Shown here in pieces: positions 29,101 through 42,700 of a DNA stretch of 64,000 bases. Source of the stretch: Ascidiella aspersa (taxonomy: Eukaryota); NCBI GenBank assembly GCA_963924565.1, contig OZ004611.1, forward strand, positions 25,048,001-25,112,000, in the 5' to 3' direction. The position numbers were made by a program, and so were the translations under genes. Position 1 is the first letter of the stretch. Each line of letters opens with the position of its first letter. The notes beneath the pieces were generated by a model, which ran no database searches, was not told the origin of the DNA, and saw only the letters and a program-made list of their open reading frames with translations.

Positions 29101-31272
29101 ATTGCCAATGCAGGACAACTCGGCACCACTGTAAGTTCCGTAAAATAAATACGAAAAATCCTATCAACAGTTGTTGCTAAAATAGTTTTATAATATTTTA
29201 GCGGGATCATACAATCTAACAATGAAAAATCACAATTATTCCCAGACCCAAACACACAACAAATCTAAGACACTCTTTTTGCTGATAACACGTTCGGCAA
29301 TAAATTCAAGAAATTCTTTAGGTTTTTCGTACAAAATCTAGAGGTTTAGAGCAAGACACATCAGTCAACGCATGCGAGGCATGAAACAAGGCACCAACCT
29401 TTGATATAATCCACTCCACTCCATTAGCGCGTAAAATTTCGTCTCCTTTCCCACCTATGCCAACGCACTGACCGTCGAAAGCAATTCCCATCACTCTTAT
29501 ACATGCTGATCTGATTCCCTCCGCTTAAGATGAATGGAACCTCTCGACAAAAGATGGGATGCCTGAGCAATCTTTAAGTGGTCGACATACTTCGACAAAC
29601 TTTGGGAACAAAAATGCGGTTGTTGTATCGCAATATTCAAATATCATTTGGCTTATGTAGACAAGAGATTACAAGTTGATATTGTGCTCAATAACTTATT
29701 ACGTTAAATTTTGATTGATCGTGGTTTGAAGTATATTGAGATGGTTTATGACATCAAGCACTTGCCGTGTTCACTTCACCAGGAGTGATGCTTCTGTGTT
29801 TAATAAGGAATTTTAAAAGGTTCAAGTTTACCCAACACGTTTTTATATGAAAGGACTTACATAAAAATGTTATCACGTGTCCTCTACTGTAAACATAACC
29901 GCTTTTTAAGTTTACATTTTGATTATTGTCCTTGCATATAGTTTTATAAATTTGATAAGTTATACCTCAACCTAAATCAATTACAAACTCATTTAAGTTT
30001 ATTTTAACAGTTTTTGTTTAAATGGGTATTGTGAAAAGCGTTTCATTATTAAATAATTCAGTCTTTAATTAGGAAAATATTCGAATAAAATTTATATGTT
30101 TTTGTTTGAATTCAACCAGGTTTTTTGTATCTCCTATAAGTACATTCTGTGAAAAAAACCTTGAAGCAATTCAAGTAGGAAGAACGCAAAACCGAACGAT
30201 TGCGCAATATTTGCTCGGGGTGGCATCGTGACGTTTTTGCTTAAACGGCATTTCAGTAATCCTAGAAAAGTAGCAAATTGATCCAATTTCGGGCACGCCG
30301 CAAAGAGAAGTAGCACGTGTCAAGCATCTTGGCAAAACAATGCGGTGTACGGCTTGCCTGGGCTTGTCCTGTCTCGCCTCTGGCAGAATATTTTGCCAGT
30401 TTAAAGCAGCAAATTCGAAACGCGCCTGAAACCGGTTTTAACAGATGTTTTTCTATATATTTTTACTGGCTTTCAAAACATAAAGCAGTGGTTTAAAAAT
30501 TCATTGGAACAATCTAGAGTTACAATATCACGAACGACTGCAATGTAAAAAAGGTCGAATTGGTTTTACACTGCCTTGAAAATTTTCTAAGTTTGTTGCT
30601 TTTTAAGAACGTTAAAATAGCAATTTACAAAATACATTAAAGCACGACAAAAATCCGACGAATTTATTAAATATCCCGATTTTATATTTTAACCAAATTG
30701 CTCCTGAAACTTATGAACTGTTTGGAAACAAACGAAGCAATTTACAAAAAATCAACAAACACAAATCGTCCATCTATTTATTTAGTATTTATATTTTCAA
30801 ACAATCGATTATGCTAGTACTATTTTTATCTAAATTCAACAAAAAAAATTTGATAACTATTTTAAAATAAATAGTATAAACTCCGTAATACATGTTTTCA
30901 TTTTTTGTTCCTGTAGATTTGTAGCCTACACCTTTTTCAAGTCTGCAGTTTGGCGCTATCTATACGTAGAATTTACGCAAACAAGACTCGGTTAATCAAA
31001 TGTCATAATAAACAATGTGTTTGGGTCACATCATATTAAGTGCAGGTTGCCGTAAGGCATAAAACAATTTACAGTCAGGCATAGAACAAACATTCCACGT
31101 ACAGTAGTATTAGGTAACATTTTGCAGCGTTTCAACAAAATCTTTATTTCTCTTTTATCCATAAAACCAGGGCTGCGGAGTCGGTTAAAAAAAACCCGAG
31201 TCCGAGTCCCGAGTCCGACTCCGGCCAAATGTAAGATTTTGTCGAGTATCGGGTCCAGCTCTGAATCTACAG

Positions 31273-32429
31273 TAGGCCTACCATATGTCCTCTTTTGGGA
31301 GGATTTGTCCTCTTTTCTTAAGAAAACTGAATGGTCCTCCGAGGATGCTCAAAAATGTCCAAATGTCCTCTTTTTCAGCATTTCGAGTTAGTTGATCATA
31401 CTTTTTTTGCGCTAGCTCTAAGTTAATATTTAATTTTTGCAATGATTCCAATGGTTTCGCTGTGTTGTACACCATTCCTACAGCGCTGTACAAACTCTGT
31501 TTTTGCCAACTTTAACATTAAAACGGCAAACAATTTTTTTCGCGAAATCTTTTCTACATGTTAACTTTGTTTTGCACAAAGTCTCTTTGAGTGTCATTGC
31601 ATGTTTTCATATCATTAAAGGTATAACGGCCCCATTTAAAATTTTGCTAACTTATAGATAAACGATAAAATTCATCCACCGTTCGAACTATTTTTTATCC
31701 ATGTTTTATTTAATTGGAAAACAGGCTAGCAACAGGGGACTCAAACTTTTTCGCGCGAATCGATAATGTTTTTGCAATATTGCTGCTGTTGTTGTGGGTT
31801 ATCACATCTTTTGAAACACGATAACGCAAAGTTAAATTTTTGCGCTTACATTTTTATTTGCGCTGACATCGCAGCCTTACAACTGTGGAGTGAATGCCCT
31901 CACGACACGTTTGTCAAAATCAACTCGTGCACGAGCAATTTATTCTGTGTCCAATGCTAAAATCCTCCTGAATTTACAGATTAGCGCCAATTAAACCCAA
32001 TTTTTTTCGCTCTTTGCGCGACCGACGATTTTCAAGTTGTCTCAGTGATATTTAATTAAAAATGTCGAAGTGATTTTCGTAAAGAGGGGTGGCGCAAGGC
32101 ATGGGAAAATTACAAAGGGGGACACGGCTGAAAAAGATTCAGAACCACTTGTCTATGGCATCAGGTGGTACTCAGCAGACGCTTTCTTTAAATTTAGACA
32201 ACAACAAAGCAAAATATAAGCTATACATTATAATGCTGAAATAGAAAACTCTTTTTACTGATGAGCTACGCCAGAAGTATCCGTGTTTCAGAAAAGGACG
32301 TGTTAATTTCGAAGCTGAATGCAATACTTGGATATGACACGTTTTTCTCAAACGTAACAATTCTACTTTCGTTTTACTTGCAGGCAAGAAAATGTCCTCT
32401 TTTAAGGTGCTGAAAATATGGTAGCCCTA
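31273..32429. mobile_element. hAT-type non-autonomous element B (1157 bp) nested in MITE A
   Basis: TIR taggcctaccatat / atatggtagcccta (13/14); TSD atctacag / ctctacag (7/8), matching the single site ttctacag in the empty sister copy; tgtcctcttt subterminal repeats. Confidence 0.88.
31733..32150. mobile_element. Degenerate Charlie-like hAT MITE C inside element B
   Basis: Ends caggggactcaaactttt and aaaaagattcagaaccactt resemble the cagtggttctcaa-type termini seen elsewhere in the window; TSD is degenerate. Confidence 0.55.
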
Positions 32430-32989
32430 CTCTACAGCCTGTATTTTAACCATTTACGCAACTAAATTAAGGTGGATTTTTTGCAATCCACTCATATTAA
32501 TGTCATAATTGATCCAACCGCCCGCATTACATGGTTTAAAAATATTTCACCATTTGCTATTACACTTTTACAACTTACATTTTGCCGCCTTAACAGTTTT
32601 GAAATTTGATACTGCGCATGCGCACGTCGGACTCGGGACCCGGGTAGTTTTACGTGGTCTTACCCGAGTCCCGAGTCCCGAGTCCGACTCCGGCAAAACA
32701 AACCGACTCCGTCGAGTCCCGAATCCCGAGTCCGACTCCGACTCCGCAGCCCTGCATAAAACGACTTTAAAAGCACGTCTAATTTGTTTTTTTACCTCTT
32801 ATTTTTTTTAGAAAAACTTTGCGTTTATTTGGTTATTTAATATTAGGTTTTTGCTAAAATTAATAACCCCTTCGTTAGACATGCGCTCTAATTCTATTAC
32901 AGCTTTTGTCTTTTTTGCTATTAATCGCTGTTCTATAGCGCTCGTAATGGACATTCATTATATTATCCACTTTCCGCTACATGTCGCTG

Positions 32990-33310
32990 CTGGTCAACCC
33001 ACGTGACCAGCATCAGCTGTTGCAGTGGGGTGACGTCATCGGTAAACAACGGGCAATAATCGCCGCAAAGCGGAGATTCTCAGTGTGGCCAAAGTACATG
33101 CGCGCTTACTGAGAATCGCAATGCACATATCGCGTGCGTGTGACGATAAAAAAGTGCATGCGTAGCAAGTTGTAGCATTAGGCTCTTGTTGTTTTTGTGT
33201 AGTGCCGTGGTCGTTTGTTTGCCACCGTTTTTACACAGCTTGCAATTGTGGAATGAGTTTACTTTGTGCGCTAAGGCGGATTAGTCATAAAGCGTTATAT
33301 AGGAATGTAA
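32990..33310 (+). promoter_or_regulatory. Candidate GULP1 promoter and non-coding first exon
   Basis: CpG-rich block with CACGTGAC (33000-33007, USF/CLEAR-type E-box), full CRE TGACGTCA (33031-33038) and catgcgcgc; followed by G/T-rich sense sequence and a possible donor gtaagc at 33307. Confidence 0.45.
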
Positions 33311-34830
33311 GCATAGTTCACATAGCCGCAGTGTTGCAATCAGTTGAATGTAATATAGTCTCCTAACGAAGGCTTTTAAAGAAACGTTTTTAGTTTCCTA
33401 ACGTGTTCATTAGTTAGAGATGGGTTAGTTATTTCGCAAGATTTGACTTGTTGTTTTCTTTGAACGAAATATTATACACTTGTTGTATGGTGTGGTAAAT
33501 CAGAGATTTAACTTACAGTTCGGGATGTTTACTGGTCGCAGAAGCAGCACGCCGTAAGCGTTTCCCATTTCTTAACACGTTTTTAACGACGATTAACAAG
33601 TTGACTCAAGTTGCTCGAACAATAGCAAATCGGCAGCAAGAGACTTAGACTGGCGTTCAGCGTCATTTGGCATTTTCGTTCGTACCCCGTGCAATATTCA
33701 ACAGATGTCGAGCAAATGGCGTTTGGAGAGGTGGTCTCAGTAAACCGCAACACCAGGAAACACTTCGGGCGCTGGCGTTAGTTGCAAAACATTTGAATGC
33801 GAAGCTCGCCCAAATTGTCTGAAGGTCCGTTTTGACGAATTTTTATTAGCGAATGGCCCAGCGTGGAACATTTTCTAGTTGCTGCAATATCTTAGGTCGT
33901 AGCGTAGTATAATATCTATAGGCACAAAATTTCCAGCCTATTATGCTTTAAATTAAGGTTTACGTTACCGCTGCCACGCGTCTCGATTTTCAGTTAACCT
34001 ATAACTAGATAAGCAATTTTAACAATACAAGAAAAATTTGGAAGTCTTTCGCCCTGACAACAAGTGAAAATAAACAATTGACAGGTGTAGCTTTCGATGA
34101 TATAATGCCTTAATTACCGAAACGTACCGGAGTCGGCAGTATTTCAAACCGACTTTTCGCGAATTTAAAGCTATTTTGAAAGTTGATGTTTAACAAGTGA
34201 CTTTTGTGCACGGTAATTAAAATACTATGCTGCAAACGCTTACAATGTAGCACTACAACGAATTCTTGGAATGTTCACATATAGTGGGTAATGTTCGTTT
34301 TGTCTCGACGCGCGTCACCGAACATTGTAAGTTGGTGGACAAAGCTAAATATGTTACTCATAGTGCGCGGCCAACACGTTAAATACATGTCGATAGTTTT
34401 CTATGTCGTATTTAAATGTTCTATACTACAATAATAGTAGCAGGCTTATTTATATCTACGAGCTTGTGTGGTTCATTCTAAGTACAAATTTGTTTCTAAA
34501 GTGGTTTTAAGTTTGAATGAGTTCGCTGAATAACAGACATAGCATTATTGCAACCTTTAAAAATGTAAATTGCGTAGCATTTACACGATTGCATTTGTAT
34601 CACATGCGTATACGATATCGTCGGCCTGCTGTAAATTTTAGACATTAGCACGCTATCTCACAATTTAAGGAAAACTATCGCTGTTGGCAAGTTTATTGCG
34701 ATTCAGGGGTTTTCTTTAACTTTATTGTGGCCCGTTTGTGTGCCTAAACTATAAGATGTGGTTGGGATTGATGTTGTCTTTGGCGACGTATCTCATCATC
34801 AGATTCCGCGTTGCCTTGGTTGTATTAGTG

Positions 34831-35157
34831 CAGTGTTTCTCAACCTATGTGTCACGATCCAAACTTGGGTCGCTTTTTGACTTGGTTGGGTCGCCGTCTG
34901 TAGTAGTTCACATGGTTATATTTATGGAGATTGGTTCTCCGCAATATGTCTCCATAACCTGAGAGAAGTGCGGAAGCAATACGAAGGCATGGCTCATACT
35001 AATTGAATTTAGATTTAGTGACGCGCAAATTGTTTTATTGGTGTTGTGTTCACTTAGCTTACAAAAAGTTCAGCAAAGAGAATTGGGTCGCTAAAGCTTA
35101 GCTGTTATACTTACGCTTAGTATTTGTTGCGCCCCTTAAAAAGGTTAAAAAACACTG
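34831..35157. mobile_element. Charlie-like hAT MITE (327 bp)
   Basis: TIR cagtgtttctcaacct / aggttaaaaaacactg; TSD tattagtg / tattaacg (6/8); internal gggtcgc motifs. Confidence 0.78.
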
Positions 35158-35680
35158 TATTAACGCATTGAAAAGTAGGTGTGCATATTATCTCTGTAAG
35201 ATGTCGTGAAGATTTACTCGGGTGTGACTTAGCACCGAAATCGGACACAAAGACGAAAAATGCCTTATAACATCGTGTTGACCATCTGTATACATGTGGC
35301 AGAGCAGAATTACAGAAATATTCCAGGTTGCCTTATAGAGATCGGTGGTCACAATACGCCGAAGTTGTGCGCCGATACAACTTCCATACAAAGCGGCTGT
35401 ATATAGCGCGTGAAAATCAATTTACTATGTCACACGTTGGCGGAGTAAGCTTCCCCTTCGACGGCGTTGCGAGCCTTCTAAACGTAAACAGATGTTTGTG
35501 TATATACTCTGCCCCGTCGTCGCACCGTTTGGCGACATTGCAAGCCAGTCATCACCGATAGTAGTGTTTTGCTTATTCTAAAAGCCAGTATGGCAGCAAT
35601 TTGATTATTGGTTGATTACCTGATTTACGAAAGTAACTGTATTAGCGTATATAGATTGATTATATTTTATTTCCGATATA

Positions 35681-35807
35681 AGACAGCAGTTTAAATAGTT
35701 GGATTAATTTAACAAAGGTAAGTTAAACAGCGTAACACTGATAGAGACAGCAATTTAAATAGTTGGATTAATTTAACAAGGTAGGTTAAACAGCGTAACA
35801 TTGATGG
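35681..35807. repeat. Tandem duplication, 2 x ~64 bp
   Basis: agacagca(g/a)tttaaatagttggattaatttaacaa(a)ggta(a/g)gttaaacagcgtaaca(c/t)tgat twice. Confidence 0.92.
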
Positions 35808-36772
35808 AGTGTATTCACTTTCAATGGTAATGTTTAACCGTGTTTTTGTTATGATATTTAGGATCCTGTTATATTGAAAAAAACATTACCAGAGCGTTTA
35901 GTGCTACAATTATATGGTATTGTAAAGGAAGGAGTTTAATTTTTCCGTTTGACATTAGCTGATTCATGTTTATCCTTATGCGTGGCAAATAAAACGTACC
36001 TACTTACTGTTTTTAGTGAATGGCATTATAAATTCAAATTATTGTTAGACATCCTAAGAAAGGAAGTTGTCTAAATATCATTTGTATATGCTTTACAATT
36101 CGTTCGTTTTGAGTGTAACACGACAATCGACGTGTTAAAAAGTTTAGTAGGCTTTTCTCTAGTGAGGCGAATGAGAAAATATCACATACAATAGATGAAA
36201 TATACGCCAGGCAAAGCGATTCAATAAACGCCAATATATTACGTTTGGGTTTATTTATTTATTTTTCTACATTGTCGTTGTAGTTTTCGCTGAACCTGTA
36301 ACATTGAAACTTTGTGGCATCAAAACAGGGTGATTTTGAACTTTTACCCAAACTCCGTCAACGATGCAAATGCCTTTTTTATTTACATCATCCAACGCAT
36401 ATAAATTATTTCAATAGAATTATTTCAATCTATGCGTAAATCTATTTTAGCATTTTATACAGTTGTCAAACTTTTCTATGACTCATAAAGGTTGGATGAT
36501 TGTATACGCGACATTTGGACTTCGTGTTTCATTTGCTTGAAGTTAAGGTTACTCGAGTTAGGTTAAACTTTTGTGCCTATACCAGCTGTTGACAAATTTT
36601 TACAGTACTTCTTATGAGGATACTGTTATTTATCTTCCAAATCAAACGAGTCTAATGTGTTGCCAATAATATAGGTTTGTTGTTTATTTCAGGCAGTTAA
36701 GTGTTTTTATTAGAATTAAATAGTGTTTGGCTTGACATTCTTCTAAAGAGTATAAATCAAGAATCGACAAAT

Positions 36773-36781
36773 ATGGTTTTG
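36773..36781 (+). CDS. GULP1: GULP1 start exon (MVL); exon 36693-36781
   Basis: Acceptor tttatttcag at 36692, aaatATGG context, donor TTG|gtgagc; phase 0 matches the next exon. Confidence 0.7.
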
Positions 36782-39700
36782 GTGAGCATTTATAATATTG
36801 TATTTTATAATATATATATTATATCTTTTTGATTTATATTTTATTTGCCTGTGCTTTTATTTTTGCTGTTTAACGTTTGTTAATTAAAACATATTATATT
36901 TTATTGTACTTAAGTTGTGTATAGAGGTTGTAAAAAGTGCCCCGTAAGGGCCGTTTGGCACTTTACGTAACTCTAAAAGCAAGTTATGTTTTATACAATG
37001 TCATTTGCAGAGCTGGAACAAAGGCAAATGGCTTCATTCGCACGAAACTTTGCTGAATTCGAAAGTCACCTACGTAGTAAAGGTATACGAATTTAGCAGC
37101 AGTGACATTGACGTGGTCGGTGCTTTTAAGAGATTCTGTAAATGTACAGTAATCTAAAATGTATTTCAGTCACAGCTTTTAATTACACAATATCGATTCG
37201 GAGAACGCGGATTGTTTTGCATTTAGGAAATATTTTTTGTTCGAAACCTTTACCGCGCGATAACTTTTTGGAAGATAATAATCGCGGGTCTGTTCAAGAT
37301 TCAAAATAAAAATGGTCAACAGTTAATTTAAATTTAAATCATTGTTTGTATGTCGAAGTTTGTATCGATGGCTGCTTTTCGAATTGAATCAACCGCAGCT
37401 CAGTTAACCAGGCCCTATCTAGGGAAGGCTTAGAAAAGCTAGTACACCAATTCAACAATAAACCTGGGCAAAGTGTATCAACATTAACAAGAAAAAAATA
37501 AACACATAATATATAAATAAATTGATCAAAAAATGAAGTTAATCAGTTCAAAAAGCTTTTCATTAGGTCCAACTAAATATTTTTTAGTTAAGCAGGACTC
37601 AACCGCCCTAAATATCCATGCTAACCACTAAAAATCTTGTGTAGAAATTTCTTAGAGGGCAAGTCAATGACTTGAATTAATTGCACTTAAGTTACTGTTT
37701 TCAAATGACTTGACTTAAGTCTTTTGGGTAAAATAACTGACTTTTTTGGACTTGGGTTTGACTCTAATCGAAAAAGACTCGACTTGAAACAGAGTTTTTT
37801 CAAATGACTTGACTGGAACATCATTTTAAAATGACTTATTTACAACACTGGAGCACAGCACTGCATGTGTCTATTTTGGTTTATATTGTTATACTTAACA
37901 ATTCTGCCGTGTATTTAGCTTGTTGGGGTGGTCGAGGTTAGCGATTCGCGCGGCATGGAAGTGGTTAAGGAGGCGCTGCAAAAACTCAAGTTTTCCCGCC
38001 ATATTAAGCGTTCAGAGGGAACGAAGCCACCAAAGGTGGAGATAAGCATCAATATCCAGGGAATGAAGATTTGCAACCTAAGGACGAAGGTTAGTCTGAA
38101 GATTTTTCAGCACATTTGATAAAGAAAAAGGTCCAAAGATTCTTTTATCTCATTAAGGTTTAATTTAATTAGTAGTCCTGTAAATCTATATTTGACTATT
38201 TACCCTTATTCGGAATCAGGATTACTGACGTTAGTGATTACTTTCCTCCATGATGTGTCTATCAATAATCAAATTAGAACACATATATAGCTATTCGGTA
38301 TTTTATATAACTTATTATCATTTTATTATTGAGATCGATCACCGATCTTTTTTTTCACTGAACAGTTGATTCAACAATGTAACGCAAAAAGGTTATCTAT
38401 CTTAAAAGAATGTTAATGGTTAGTTCAGTACATTTGATAAATAATTTATAGCACGCGCCAATGGTTGCCCGAATCAAACGGCTACATTTTGTTTTTTGAT
38501 CATTGAACCTTTTATAAATGGCTTTGTGAAATAAGTTAAAAAAAAAATATAAATTGGCTGTTATAAACTGCATTTTCTCAACAAGGTTTTGTTTACATAT
38601 GTAAACAAATGGGCTAAAATCACGTTACCAACGTCAGCTGCCTCAGTTATGCGTTGTGAATCAATTTCGTTCCATTTTAAAAGAGACGATTCAACTTAAA
38701 CAGTTTCAAGTTCGCCAAACCATTCAATAGCAAAGTTCCTGGTCCTCAAACGTGCTTAGGCTTCAGGCTGTCAAACATACGAAGGGAAGGAAGTTGTCTG
38801 ACTGCGGATATCAATGCAGCCCTGAAGGACCATTCCTTACACGAGCACGCCATTGAGCAAATTCGACCGTTCGTTGGATCAAATTTCGGCGAACCATTTA
38901 TGCATAATTCAGTCAGGATTGAATTCGTGGAATGAAAACCACATCGAGCGACTGTGGTTTTGTTTGCCTTGCGAGACAGATTCCTCGAGTGCTTTGAAAC
39001 ATATAGTATATAAGAGAAAATGCAAATCATTCTAAATAAGAATAACAAAGCCCATACGGAAGTAGGCATCATTTTTTTACTCTTTATATAAACGTTCAAA
39101 ATGATACCTTTACCTACTTCCGTATGGGCTTTGATATTATTGTTACATCTTACTGCAACCTCCAACCATTATGATCCAAAATTATAAATAGTGTATCAGT
39201 TTTATCAATTCACAACAAAAACAAACGGTCGGTTAGTTTTGCAGCTTGGTTTCGTTTGCCTAACAGGTCTTTGAATTGAACTGGGATAAAGATTTATTGC
39301 ACAATATTAACGCTAGCACAATTTGAAATATTTTGTAATTGTTTTACCGGTCCCGGTGTTTTTGCTAATAATTTGATTTTCAAGCTACTCAAAACACTAC
39401 TTTTAAAATAGACAAAGAGTTTCGGCCACCTTTGATAAATGAGTATTAGTTCCATTCACCCAGCAATGAAAAGGTTTGAAGTTTCAGCCTTGACGATCCA
39501 AGAAACTGATGGTAAAATGATGTAAACGCTTTATTGGCGTTTTAAAAGAAGCACCAGTTTGATTTAGTAGGCTACCCTTCCGTGTTCAACCGCTGTGCAT
39601 ATATCGCCGTATCCACATACCGCCCAATTACCACGTTGTTATGCCCACGGGACTAGATAGGACGTCTTGGTTATTCCAACGGTTATGTTAACTAGCAGAC

Positions 39701-42700
39701 CTCGCTAAATAAGCCCAATGAACTATCGACCTATAATATGGCGTGCTCTTGTTTTCCAATGACAACAAAGCTGTAATCTAATCTTGTTTAGACGAATAAC
39801 ATTGCGCGGAATTACCAACGTTGATATAAATTCATTTTCGAAGAAGGTTCAGTCTAATAAGTATGGCGCCTTTTAATAGATAGGTGTTCAAAATTAAAAA
39901 TGTATTGATTAAAATAGCAACGTATCCGCTAGAAGTTTAACACCAAATAAAACCCTGCTTAAAATCAAGTTATATTATTGTAAGCCATAAACAAATATAT
40001 CTAAATAAAACCCACGTGCTTTGTGCACTTTAAGTTTAAAAACACAAAGATGGCGACTTGTTATGTATGTGACGTAAACCTCAAACCACAATTGAAAGCG
40101 GCAATTTGCTGGCTTGATATTATGAGTGTTTATCCTGTTCTATACACTAAACGTGGGATGCCACACGATTCAATACGCTGGATGGCGGTTTGTTGTTAAA
40201 TTAACAATAGCTTTTTCGTGGAAAAGCTGTTTAGGAAAAAAAAAAAATTTCCAACGCTTGCAGGCTGTTGAGAATATGCTTGCAAGACCATGTCAGCTTA
40301 ATCATTTTAAAAAACACTTAAACCAATCCGTAACTAAGCATTTTAAATTTGAATGAAAGACAAATTTAATTTTGAATTGGCTCTTGTAAATGCACGAAAA
40401 TTAGTGAGCTTTCTGAACATATGCAATGTATTAACACGAGATCTATCTTTTTGTCAGTAAAATAAATTCCAGGATTTCATTTTTTAGTTACTGCCCAAAC
40501 CACCGTAACGTCAAACATACATTGTAGCCCGATCAAGAAATTCATCAGCTATGTATTACCCACAGCTGATGGTTGATACCCACAGAAATAGATTAAAACT
40601 GTCAAAAAAAGTTTTATGGGCTATAACCTTAACAGGTTTAATCATGTTAGCTAGTTGGTTTGTCAAAGTGGTATTTAAGAGCCCATATAGAAGCAGGTAT
40701 TATTTTAAATGTTTTTTTTGAAACGTTAAAAATGCTATACTTCTGTATGGGCTTTGAAATTCTTACGACGTCTTACTACAACCTGCAACCATTACGCTCC
40801 AAAGTTTGTCAAAGTGTTTTTTATTATTTGTTTGACTGGTAACCGCGTCTCGCAATTGAAGCAAAACAGGCTTTAGTCACGTATACAATGGTCTACACAT
40901 CGTTAAAATAACAGTTGAACTTTGAACCATAGAAAATCGTATTATACAGTATGATTGCCGCATTTTAGCGTGACGCACAGATTGATTCCCACTGGTTACG
41001 ATACGATATGTTTTTACGCATGCAAAGCAAATTCTTATCGACAGATGAACATGTTAAGGGCATTAGCGCAGAGCGATGAAATCGCATTATCAAATTTCAT
41101 ATTCAATTACTGCAGTTGTATTGTAACGTCTGATGTTTCCCGTTTCACCAGCACTACTGAAATTTTAATCGATTTCATGCAATCGTGAATTCAGTCATAT
41201 GTGTTGGAATGAATCAACTTGGCTACAACAGGCTAACAGTATTTCACGATTTGACTTTGATTTACTATTAGGACTAATTCGAAAAGCGAAAGCCACATCG
41301 CAAGTTAATGAATTACATTAGGCCGGTATTCAATGTTGTTTAATGGCAATTCCTTTTTTTGGTATTTCATCTCCCCGAAAACCGGTAAAACAGATACACG
41401 TTTTGTTCAGCGCGTAGCCCACAATCCTATAAAACAGGGATGGGCAAACTTTTCCTAGTAGCGGGCCAACACTGAGAGAAAAAAGTCTAAGCGGGCCGTT
41501 AAATTTTGACTGACAAATATGTTGTTAAAATGTGTAGTTTTTGCATCCAAACACAGTGAATGCATGAACACGATATTTGCGCAAATCGAAATATTTTCGC
41601 ATTTATGTAGTAGAAATAGACCAAATAATATATCGTATGGACTCGTGCCCGGTTTAAAAATGAGGTGGCGTCCCGGATGAATTATATTGACGGGCCGTAG
41701 CTTGCCCACCCCTGCTGTACAAAGTGCGGCTTTCAATTGCCATTGAAAACCACGCTTATAGCATTACGCTTTAAATTATTATTACCTGTTGCGTGGGATA
41801 TTGTGATCGATATGACATGAAACTAATTGGCCATTACATAAAGGAGAAACCTACCCGCTTAGAGAATATATTACAAATGTGTTGCACCTATGCCGACCCT
41901 GTTATACCACACTGCACTTCGTTGCAAAGCTATACTTTCTATTACTTTGAAAACTTTACTTGCGGGAAATACAGTGATTATTTTTTATCTGCGATTCGAC
42001 ATTGATAGATGTTTGATGATTTGCATTCGGACTGTTAGAAAATTTTCGTTTACTTATTTTTGGATAGTTAGCGCATATACAGCCGAAGTAACAGTATACA
42101 AAACGACAGACATGGCAAAACTATTTGGTACATCCGCACCATGAATATTTGTTGTTTTCCTTATTTTTTTTTCAATGAGCAGCATTGATAGAAAAATGAC
42201 TAGGCCAGGTTGCATATGCTTTCGCCGAAATGTCATTTCACCTAACATAGCTTGATTTGATAGGTCACAACAACATATTTTGTTAAAATTTTTGTTGAAA
42301 AAAAATTTTGATTAACATTTTGTTAAAAACAATAAAACTGCAAAATAACGCCAATTGAGCGTTTATTAGTGTGCTCTATAAACCAATTGTTTTTATTTCA
42401 AAAAAGGGGGACACAAAGCACATGCTAGCCCAAGGTAAATAAACCAAAAAATCAGCAAAGCAACAGTTCTATCCACAGAAATCCAGTTTTATGTTATCCG
42501 ATAAAATATCCTAAGCGTGCGATTTTTATATTTAAATCAGTTTGTTTTGGTTTATGCTGATTCCGCTTGTATTTCCTACGCTCAAATCGATTTTGTTTTT
42601 TCGATTCAAACAAGCCGCCTTTACAATAAGAGAAATACTTGCCTATTATGTAAAGGCAATAATCGCAACGCATATCACAAGCCCATCCAGCATGTAATGT

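Larger units (their letters stand above)
1700..31000. promoter_or_regulatory. Long intergenic region between divergently transcribed genes, with many GC/CpG-rich blocks (candidate enhancers)
   Basis: No recognisable protein in any ORF. Blocks of 200-500 bp with E-box, CRE-like, TCF-like (ctttgat) and RBPJ-like (gtgggaa) words alternate with AT-rich spacers. Regulatory function is inferred. Confidence 0.4.
31168..32754 (+). mobile_element. hAT-type MITE family A copy 1, interrupted by nested insertions
   Basis: TIR cagggctgcggagtcgg / ccgactccgcagccctg; perfect 8-bp TSD cataaaac (31160-31167, 32755-32762); (CCGAGT/GACTC) subterminal arrays; an uninterrupted sister copy lies at 57574-58043. 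Confidence 0.92.
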
